From: Elusimicrobiota bacterium
GTDB lineage: Bacteria > Elusimicrobiota > Elusimicrobia > UBA1565
Length of the DNA stretch: 25,673 bases
Direction of reading: 5' to 3'
Assembly: GCA_043827405.1 (NCBI GenBank)
Contig: JBDRPD010000036.1
Span: forward strand, 1-25,673
In this document: piece after piece, positions 19,109-25,673 of the stretch
Position numbering within the stretch: the stretch's first letter is position 1
Layout of the letters: every line of letters begins with the position of its first letter
Notes under the pieces: generated by a model
The model's input: the letters and a program-made list of their open reading frames with translations, nothing else
The model's database searches: none
Told to the model about the DNA's origin: nothing
Translations under genes and position numbers: made by a program

Positions 19109-19854
19109 ATCTGACGGTGAGGATATGGCGCCAAAGCGGTCCCGACGACGAGGGAGCTTTCGTCGATTATCCGGCGAAGGGCGTGTCGCCCGATATGTCC
19201 TTTCTCGAGATGCTCGATGTGGTCAACGAGGAACTTATGCGCGAGGGCAAAGAGCCGGTCGCCTTCGACCATGACTGCCGCGAAGGCATCTGCGGTATGT
19301 GCTCGCTGGTCATCAACGGCCGGACGCACGGCCAGGATAAGGGGGCGACCACCTGCCAGCTCCATATGCGGCATTTTAAGGACGGTGAGACTATTACGGT
19401 CGAGCCCTTCCGGGCGAAGGGCTTCCCGATCATCAAAGATCTCGTGGTCGATCGCGCGGCCTTTGAGCGCATCATGCAGGCGGGGGGCTTCGTTTCGATT
19501 CGCACCGGTTCGGCGGGCGAAGCCAACGCGATCCTCGTTAATAGAGAGAACGCCGAGCTCGCGATGGATGCGGCCGCCTGCGTCGGGTGCGGCGCCTGCG
19601 TCGCGGCTTGTCCCAACGCCTCGGCGATGCTGTTTGTGGCGGCCAAGGTCTCGCAGTACGCACTCCTGCCGCAGGGGCAGCCCGAGCGCACCGCGCGCGT
19701 GCTCAAAATGATGGCCCAGCACGACAAGGAAGGGTTCGGCAACTGCACCAATGAGTACGAGTGCGAGAACGCCTGCCCCAAGGCGATCAAGGTCTCCAAT
19801 ATCGCGCGCCTCAACCGCGAGTTCCTGCGCGCGAACATCGTCTCGGCCGAATAG
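19105..19854 (+). CDS. sdhB: Succinate dehydrogenase/fumarate reductase iron-sulfur subunit
   Basis: [11 protein letters not shown] (2Fe-2S), [12 protein letters not shown] and [16 protein letters not shown] overlap with sdhA. Confidence 0.97.
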   Translation: MNLTVRIWRQSGPDDEGAFVDYPAKGVSPDMSFLEMLDVVNEELMREGKEPVAFDHDCREGICGMCSLVINGRTHGQDKGATTCQLHMRHFKDGETITVEPFRAKGFPIIKDLVVDRAAFERIMQAGGFVSIRTGSAGEANAILVNRENAELAMDAAACVGCGACVAACPNASAMLFVAAKVSQYALLPQGQPERTARVLKMMAQHDKEGFGNCTNEYECENACPKAIKVSNIARLNREFLRANIVSAE

Positions 19855-19924
19855 CGACAGAAACTAGTCCCGGTACCGGTTTTTAACTTTCAACTTTCCT
19901 GTTGATAACCGGTTATGGTTGGGT

Positions 19925-20782
19925 TCAGGGGCGGATATTGGCCTTTGACACCGCGGCACTCGAACATCCAAGAAAATGGGCAATAGCGGTGGTCGAGTGC
20001 CCATATTCGGCCGCCCTCAATATGAGCGCCCTCTTCGCCGGCATGATGTAGCGGCTCTTCCTGCCTGATCGAATATGCGCAACCGGAACTCCGCATTCTT
20101 TTTCGATTATATTCCCGAGCTGTTCTAGAGATAGGGGATCTCCGAGATTATCTGTTTGATGGTGCGTATAAACATCGCTCGCAGATGCGATGCATGCTGT
20201 TCGCTGTGTGATTGTCGCGTGCTTTTCGGGCCTGGGCTCAGCCTTAGTTCGCATAAAACGCATATAGCTATCACGAGCTCCCCATCGGTCAGCGCCGAAT
20301 ATCGAGAGAGGAAAGGATGTATCGACAAGGGAGGAGGGGGCGTCGGCCGCATATGCCGCATGGCTCGACCAGGGATAATTTATCGTGAATCCAGGCTCTT
20401 TTGAGCGAACGGGATTTTGATGGATGTAGCGAAGCTGTTCAAGGAATTGACTGTTCGTGCGGCAGTAAACGGGATAGAAGCGTTTCTGAAAGACATGTCC
20501 AACCCTATCGTGCACCGCATTGAAGTGCTTGGCGTAGATGAGCAGAAGCCGGTGCATGATCGTCGACAAACTCGCATGGCAGACTTGTATTAAAAGATGT
20601 ATGTGATTGGGCATGAGGCAGTAGGCATAAAGTCTGCAGGCGCTGTGTCGCTTTATCTTTTCGAGGGTGGATAGGAAGAAAGAGTAATCAGCGTCAGTGT
20701 GGAAGATGCGCTGCTTATTATTTCCCCTGGCGGTAACGTGCGCGATGGCGCCGGGATAGTGAAGCCTCGGGATTCGCCCCAT
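19925..20782 (-). CDS. REP-associated tyrosine transposase (Y1_Tnp/IS200-like HUH) with a C-terminal DnaA-C-like helix-turn-helix
   Basis: MGRIPR...HVTARGNNKQRIF..D, AYCLMPNHIHLL (HUH), GHVFQKRF, RYIHQNPV (catalytic Tyr), YPWSS, and C-terminal IAHFLGCSSAAVS. Confidence 0.92.
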   Translation of the reverse strand: MGRIPRLHYPGAIAHVTARGNNKQRIFHTDADYSFFLSTLEKIKRHSACRLYAYCLMPNHIHLLIQVCHASLSTIMHRLLLIYAKHFNAVHDRVGHVFQKRFYPVYCRTNSQFLEQLRYIHQNPVRSKEPGFTINYPWSSHAAYAADAPSSLVDTSFPLSIFGADRWGARDSYMRFMRTKAEPRPEKHATITQRTACIASASDVYTHHQTDNLGDPLSLEQLGNIIEKECGVPVAHIRSGRKSRYIMPAKRALILRAAEYGHSTTAIAHFLGCSSAAVSKANIRP

Positions 20783-20816
20783 GCCAGCATGTACGATTCG
20801 CGGCGCAATAAGTTCC

Positions 20817-20868
20817 GAAAGTTAATGTTAATACCCGGTACAGGAAAGTTAATGTTAATACCCGGTAC
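20817..20868. repeat. Perfect 25-bp tandem direct repeat (gaaagttaatgttaatacccggtac), period 27
   Basis: Copies at 20817-20841 and 20844-20868, just upstream of the transposase start. Confidence 0.95.
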
Positions 20869-20891
20869 GGGAAGGGGGGCGGGAGGGGGAA

Positions 20892-21578
20892 CTACTTCTT
20901 TTTCTGCAGCTTCGCGGACTGCACTATCTTCATGCCCTTGGTGCTGTGGCGGACGGCGTACGCCAGCATGAGGCTCAGTACGAGCATAATCCCGCCGATC
21001 GTGAGGTTGCGCGGCTCGAACCAGCCGCTGCCGAAGAAGACCAAGGACAGGATGCTGGGGAAGGTCCCGATCAGGGTCCCTAGGGCGTAGTCGCGAAAAC
21101 GTATGCGGGTCAGGCCGCTGCCGTAGTTGACGGCGTCGAAGGGCGCCAAGGCGAGCCGCAGGACCACTATGGTCATGAGGCCGTGTTCGCGGACCTGCGA
21201 ATCAAGTCCCTGCAGGAACTTGATCTTCGACACGGCCAGCAGGTCCTTCCCGAAGTGCCGTCCGATCCAGAAAGCGAAGATCGCGCTGAGATTGTCGCCG
21301 ATAACCGAGCAGACGAGTCCCCAGAACGGCCCCCAGAGCAGTCCCGCCGCGGCGATAAGAAGCGCCGAGGGGAAGAGCACCAAGGAGCGCAGGATGAAAA
21401 AGAGGATGAAGAGCAGCGGCCCGAACGCTCCCCGACGGGATATGAAGGTGTGCAGGACCGTCGGTATTTCGTTGAGCGGGATGCCCTTGGCGAGGAAGTC
21501 CGCCGCTACGATGAGCAGCGTGACGGCCCAAATAACGAGGAGCATCGTCTTAAAGCGTATTCTCTTGTCGGTGGCCAC
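20892..21578 (-). CDS. TVP38/TMEM64 (VTT/DedA superfamily) membrane protein
   Basis: GPLLFILFF..R..VLFP..LL..AAG.LWG...G, F.IGR.FG and LRL...PFD.VNY.SG.T.I.F.DY..GT..G..P. Confidence 0.9.
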   Translation of the reverse strand: MATDKRIRFKTMLLVIWAVTLLIVAADFLAKGIPLNEIPTVLHTFISRRGAFGPLLFILFFILRSLVLFPSALLIAAAGLLWGPFWGLVCSVIGDNLSAIFAFWIGRHFGKDLLAVSKIKFLQGLDSQVREHGLMTIVVLRLALAPFDAVNYGSGLTRIRFRDYALGTLIGTFPSILSLVFFGSGWFEPRNLTIGGIMLVLSLMLAYAVRHSTKGMKIVQSAKLQKKK

Positions 21579-21704
21579 GGAGGAGGTATTGTCCCTATTT
21601 GCCCGCGGGCTTTCAAGGAATGCGAACCAAAAATTCCGCCGCTTGGGCGCGCCCGCCCGATGGGCGTAAAAGAGGTCCCTTTATTAACTAGAATTCTGGA
21701 GTAT

Positions 21705-22427
21705 ATGACAGAAACTTCTCCCGGAACGCCGCCGCCGGTCGAGACCGGATTGTTCAAAGCTTCCGAATGGCGGCAGATCACTTTTATGCTGGTGCTCTCG
21801 ACGATGACGCTTTTCGCGATCGGCGCGATGTTCCGGTTTGATGAACGTCTCGCCATCACCCTGCTCTCAAGCATTGGAATGCATCTCGCCGGTGCCCGCG
21901 CCCCGGCAATCCTTTTCGGTCTGTCCCGCGGCCTTTCGCCCGTGGTGACGCTGTTTTTCAATTTCTACATTGAAGTCCTTATTGTCGTTCTCTGCTACTA
22001 CTCATTCGTGCTCATTATCCGAGAAGGCATCGAGTCGAAGTTTATGCACTTGGCGGCGAAGCGCGCGGAGACGGCTGCTCAGGAGCACCGTAATGCCATT
22101 AAGCGCTTCGAACTTGCCGGCCTTTTTTTCCTGGTTATGGCGCCGTTCCCTATGACCGGACCGATCACCGGGGCCATCGTCGGGTATTTGTTGAACCTCC
22201 GGCCGTGGGCAACCTTCGCCATCGTGCTCTCGGGTACTTTCGTGGCGCTATTCGCGTATGTGGTGCTGGGGAAGGTGGCGCTCCAAGCAATCATCGCCTT
22301 CCAGAGTCGTTACGCGTACGAAGTGGCCCTGGTGATAATGTTCGTGATCGCCGTTTTTACGATTGTTCACGTCCGCAGCATCGCCCGCTGGGTGCAGAGC
22401 GCCATCGACGATTACGAGAAGTTGTAG
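21705..22427 (+). CDS. Small multidrug export-like membrane protein (COG2426 type)
   Basis: GLFFLVMAPFPMTGPITGAIVGYLL family motif and about 6 TM helices. GGAG precedes ATG 21705; ATG 21660 is an alternative. The track's start at 21183 overlaps the opposite-strand gene. Confidence 0.75.
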   Translation: MTETSPGTPPPVETGLFKASEWRQITFMLVLSTMTLFAIGAMFRFDERLAITLLSSIGMHLAGARAPAILFGLSRGLSPVVTLFFNFYIEVLIVVLCYYSFVLIIREGIESKFMHLAAKRAETAAQEHRNAIKRFELAGLFFLVMAPFPMTGPITGAIVGYLLNLRPWATFAIVLSGTFVALFAYVVLGKVALQAIIAFQSRYAYEVALVIMFVIAVFTIVHVRSIARWVQSAIDDYEKL

Positions 22428-22473
22428 CGCCGGGGGCTCTCGGGCGTCGTCGTCGGCCAATGAGGTAAAGACT

Positions 22474-23424
22474 ATGAGAAACGTTCTGGCCTGCGGTGCC
22501 GTTTGCGTATTTCTCTTCGCCGCGCCGTCGGTTTGCAGCGGCGCGGCCAAGAAGGAGAGTGCGCGCGTCACCGATGGCATGAAGCATCCGCTGCAGCGCT
22601 ATATCCAGGCCAACATCAAGGCGAACGACGGCTTCTATCTTGCCGAGGGCCGCGATGGGCAGGTCTGGATGGGCCGGTTTAAGAGAATATTGAGCCGCGC
22701 GGTGCGGCGAAACTCGGCATCGCAGTACGTTCTGCGGGCGGCCTTCCTGCAGCTTGCCGAGGACGGCAGTGTGTCAAAAGACGACTGGCTGCTCATCGAC
22801 TTTGATCTCGTCGGCAGCGGCGGGGCGTGGCGGGTCGCCGGAGAGCATATATATAAAGCCGGCAAGCGCGAACTATTCTCCTATGCGAGCGACGGCCGCC
22901 GTGTTCCCGAAAAGACCCGCGCCGGAAGACGAACGCTCGTGGTGGGGGGAGGCTCGCCGGCGGCCATGGACGAGCACTCTGCAGACGAAGAGTCTGAGGA
23001 GAGGGAGCCGTCGGGCATTCTTCTTAATGCTGTGGGCTCTGCCGATCAGGTGGACCCCTTCGACTGTCCCGGTAAAAGATGCCTATTGGCCTATCTTGCG
23101 CCTTGGTGTCCTGCATGCAAGAACGTTACCCCCATGCTTATGGAGCTGAAGCCGTGGCTTGAGGAGCGGGATATAACCTTCCATATCGTCGTAGGCGCGG
23201 CAAACGCGGCAAGCTGCGCGGATTTCGCTTCTCAATTCGGACCGGACACGCTGCTGGATGCGGGGAAACAGATGACCGTCAACAAGTACCCGACTTTTAT
23301 GGTCATTGACGCGAAAGGGAAAGTTATTAAGGAGCCCGGCACTCCAGGGGTACTTGAAACTCCGATGGATGACGCCGAGTTGCGTTCCTTGGCCGCGCAC
23401 TTCGGGTTGAGCAGCAAGAAATGA
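22474..23424 (+). CDS. Exported two-domain protein with a C-terminal thioredoxin/TlpA-like domain
   Basis: GAGGT RBS before ATG 22474, a signal-peptide-like start (MRNVLACGAVCVFLFAAPSVCSGA), APWCPAC, and the cis-Pro motif YPTFMVIDAKGKV. Confidence 0.8.
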   Translation: MRNVLACGAVCVFLFAAPSVCSGAAKKESARVTDGMKHPLQRYIQANIKANDGFYLAEGRDGQVWMGRFKRILSRAVRRNSASQYVLRAAFLQLAEDGSVSKDDWLLIDFDLVGSGGAWRVAGEHIYKAGKRELFSYASDGRRVPEKTRAGRRTLVVGGGSPAAMDEHSADEESEEREPSGILLNAVGSADQVDPFDCPGKRCLLAYLAPWCPACKNVTPMLMELKPWLEERDITFHIVVGAANAASCADFASQFGPDTLLDAGKQMTVNKYPTFMVIDAKGKVIKEPGTPGVLETPMDDAELRSLAAHFGLSSKK

Positions 23425-23467
23425 AGATGATGTCCCCGTCGCGTTCTCCCTGGAGCGCTATCGCCAG

Positions 23468-24682
23468 CTACTTATTGAGGGCGCGGCGGACCTCGTCGCG
23501 CAGATAGCGCTCGAAGGCTTCGCGGGCTGCCGGGCTGCCGATGCGCGCCAGCGCCTCCGACGCGCTGTAGCGGACGTCGGGGTGCTTGTCCCGTAGGGCC
23601 TTGATCAAGCGCGGGACCGCCGGATCGGCCGCCCAGCCGATCTTGCCCAGCGCCAGCGCGGCGCTTGAGCGCACCCGGGGGCTGCGGTCCGCCAGCGCCG
23701 CGGTCAACTCCGGCACCGCCGCGGCCGCCTGGCCGCCGAGAGCTCCGAGCTCATCGGCGGCGCGCGCGCGCTGACGGTATGTGCCGCTTTTCAGCATACT
23801 GAGCAGGTCGGGCAGCGGGTTGTGGTAGGGCGGGGCGCCATGGTCCTCGACCCGTCCGGCTTCCGTGTGCCGTGCCGCCGGGTTTCGGGTTATTACGCCT
23901 TGCGGCGGCGCGAGCGCGTCTTCGGGCGGCCCCAGCGAATCTGCGCCCGCCAGCAGAACCTCCGCTTCGGTCCGCTGCGTCTTCTCGGGCGTGACTTCCG
24001 CCGTCACCTGCGGTTCTTCGCGGCGGGGCGGCGGCAGCCCCGCCAGCAGGGACTCCAATTCCCTGAGGCGGCTGACATTATCTACCTTGTCCTGCCGCCG
24101 CTTCAACGCTTCGCGGGCGATCGCCTCTTCCGGCATTTCATGTTCAGCCGGCGCGGCGGTCGAGCGCACGATGCGAATGCCGTCAGCGGGCGCCGCCGCT
24201 GCCGCGTGCCTCGCCAATTTACCGCGCACCTCGTCGGCGACGGGGAAGGGGGCGTTGAGGCAGGTATTGGGATCGCGCCGCAGCGCGTAGACGGCGGGCG
24301 GGGCGGCATCTGAGTCGAAACTGGCCAGCCAGTGGAGCGCGGTGAGGCGAACGATCCAGCAGGGGTCGCTGCGCAGCGAATCCATGAGGGCGGGGGTTGC
24401 CTCAGGGCCCTGCTGCCCGAGCCAATGCGCGGCCGTGAAGCGTACCTGCCAGTCGGCGTCCTTGGCCGCGCGGCCCAGCTCCGGCAGCGCGGCCGGGCCC
24501 ATCTGCCCCAGGCGGTGCACGGTGTGGATGCGCGTGTTCCAGTCGCCGGTCTTGATCTGCCGCCGCAGGTTCGGCAGCTCGCTTGCGGGAGTGGCCGGCA
24601 TGCCGCCGGGAAAACTGTCGGCGGCCGTCAGCGGCGGCGGGGAAAGAGCGGCTAGCAGGATAATCGCGATGTAACGTCTCAT
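23468..24682 (-). CDS. Exported HEAT-repeat (PBS lyase-like) protein
   Basis: Signal-peptide-like N-terminus. Two blocks of D...VR..AA.ALG.IG..A..AVP.L repeats are separated by a Pro/Ala/Glu-rich linker. Confidence 0.85.
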   Translation of the reverse strand: MRRYIAIILLAALSPPPLTAADSFPGGMPATPASELPNLRRQIKTGDWNTRIHTVHRLGQMGPAALPELGRAAKDADWQVRFTAAHWLGQQGPEATPALMDSLRSDPCWIVRLTALHWLASFDSDAAPPAVYALRRDPNTCLNAPFPVADEVRGKLARHAAAAAPADGIRIVRSTAAPAEHEMPEEAIAREALKRRQDKVDNVSRLRELESLLAGLPPPRREEPQVTAEVTPEKTQRTEAEVLLAGADSLGPPEDALAPPQGVITRNPAARHTEAGRVEDHGAPPYHNPLPDLLSMLKSGTYRQRARAADELGALGGQAAAAVPELTAALADRSPRVRSSAALALGKIGWAADPAVPRLIKALRDKHPDVRYSASEALARIGSPAAREAFERYLRDEVRRALNK

Positions 24683-24770
24683 ACCGCTGGGTGAAAATAG
24701 TATAGCTCCGCCCCGGATCCTCCGCCATAAGCAGTTGCCGGGCGACGGGAAATAGGGTGTAATACCTCAT

Positions 24771-25673
24771 ATGGCCGGCAAGCTGTCGCAGAATCTGACT
24801 ATTCTCCTGACCGATATTAAGGGCTTTACCGAGAAGACCTCGCATAAGTCGCGGGCCGATATCCTTACCATGCTGGAGAACCATAAGGAGATCGTGCTGC
24901 CGGTCCTCGAGGGCAAGGGCGGGCGCCTGGTCAAGACGATCGGCGACGCTTTCCTGATGGTGTTCGAAAGCCCGACCGACGCCGTGCTGGCGGGTATGGC
25001 CGTGCAGGAGGCGCTCGCCGTCTTCAATAAGGACAAGAAGGGCGATGATCGCATTGATGTGCGAATCGCCATCAATACCGGCGAGGTCACGCTGTCGGAC
25101 GACGACATCTTCGGCGACCCGGTTAATATTACCGCCCGCATTGAGGGTATCGCCGAAGCCGGTGAGGTGTTCTTCACCGAGGCCGTCTATCTGGCGATGA
25201 ACAAGCAGGAGGTGCCTTCGAGCGAGGTCGGGCTGCTGCAGCTCAAGGGCATACCGGAAAAGGTTCGAGTTTATAAAGTCGTCTCTGAGGAGCCGGTTGA
25301 GGAACATCCCGGAGTCAAGATGCCGGTCGCGCCGCTAAAGAAGGGGCTGCTCGACGCGCTTAGGCCCCGGGCGCCGAAAGCTGTGGTCGCTGGTGAGCCG
25401 CCTTCCCCGGATGCGCCCAAGGTCTCCATGTGGCGGCGCACCGCCGCGCTGGCCGTCGACGCGATCATCGTTTCGATCCTGGCCGGCATGCTCTTCGGCA
25501 AGGAGTCGGCGAATATCCATGTGACGCATCGCGGCGGTGAACGGGCAAAAAAAGCGGGCATCCAGGTTAACGAGCAGGGCATCAAAATCGGCGACAGCAT
25601 TAAGATCGACGAAAAAGGCGTCAAAGTCGGCGACGGTATTCAGATCGACGAGGACGGCGTCCGCATCGGCGGC
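24771..25673 (+). CDS. Class III adenylate cyclase fused to an RDD-like membrane domain (3' truncated; absent from the ORF track)
   Basis: Manual translation: MAGKLSQNLTILLTDIKGFT...VKTIGDAFL...RIAINTGEV...DIFGDPVNITARIE...LQLKG, then WRRTAALAVDAIIV (RDD start). No stop before the window end. Confidence 0.9.
   Translation, partial: MAGKLSQNLTILLTDIKGFTEKTSHKSRADILTMLENHKEIVLPVLEGKGGRLVKTIGDAFLMVFESPTDAVLAGMAVQEALAVFNKDKKGDDRIDVRIAINTGEVTLSDDDIFGDPVNITARIEGIAEAGEVFFTEAVYLAMNKQEVPSSEVGLLQLKGIPEKVRVYKVVSEEPVEEHPGVKMPVAPLKKGLLDALRPRAPKAVVAGEPPSPDAPKVSMWRRTAALAVDAIIVSILAGMLFGKESANIHVTHRGGERAKKAGIQVNEQGIKIGDSIKIDEKGVKVGDGIQIDEDGVRIGG

Larger units (their letters stand above)
19873..20868 (-). mobile_element. 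RAYT-type element: HUH transposase gene bracketed by imperfect inverted repeats
   Basis: Visibly lower GC than the flanks. The left end 19873-19901 (gtaccggtttttaactttcaactttcctg) matches the reverse complement of 20841-20868 (gtaccgggtattaacattaactttcctg). Confidence 0.7.

Noticed and set aside
19925..20782. IS200/IS605 element with TnpB
   Set aside because: No RuvC/TnpB ORF is adjacent, and the length and motifs match RAYT with a C-terminal HTH.
20817..20868. Possible CRISPR mini-array
   Set aside because: Only two copies separated by 2 nt, with no spacers and no cas genes.
21183..21704. N-terminal extensions given by the ORF track (also starts 3395, 3477, 16472 and 22363)
   Set aside because: They overlap neighbouring genes or lack an RBS; downstream starts fit the RBS position or family length better.
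24402..25307. 301-aa minus-strand ORF
   Set aside because: It is the shadow of the plus-strand adenylate cyclase and also overlaps the HEAT gene out of frame.

Overview
High-GC bacterial chromosomal window, most consistent with an Elusimicrobiota-like lineage (inferred from gene style, not proven). From left to right: the 3' end of a membrane protein gene (+), then a translationally coupled ECF sigma / zinc anti-sigma / degenerate O-antigen-ligase-TPR operon (-). Divergent from it are two giant modular proteins (+) that share an unusual N-terminal signal-like leader. The first (~2216 aa) has a duplicated helical N-domain, a complete ClpA-type double AAA+ unfoldase with an IGF loop, TM segments, a HAD phosphatase and a duplicated TM-hairpin module. 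The second (1635 aa) has a polytopic membrane domain, an HtpX/M48 protease and two tandem zincin+coiled-coil units, one catalytically dead. Next come a receiver protein, an MBL hydrolase and sdhCAB (+), a REP-associated tyrosine transposase flanked by ~28-bp imperfect inverted repeats, and TVP38/DedA, small multidrug export, exported thioredoxin and exported HEAT-repeat genes. The window ends in a truncated class III adenylate cyclase-RDD gene that the ORF track missed. The best candidate for an undescribed system is the pair of giant, apparently exported or membrane-anchored proteolysis proteins.
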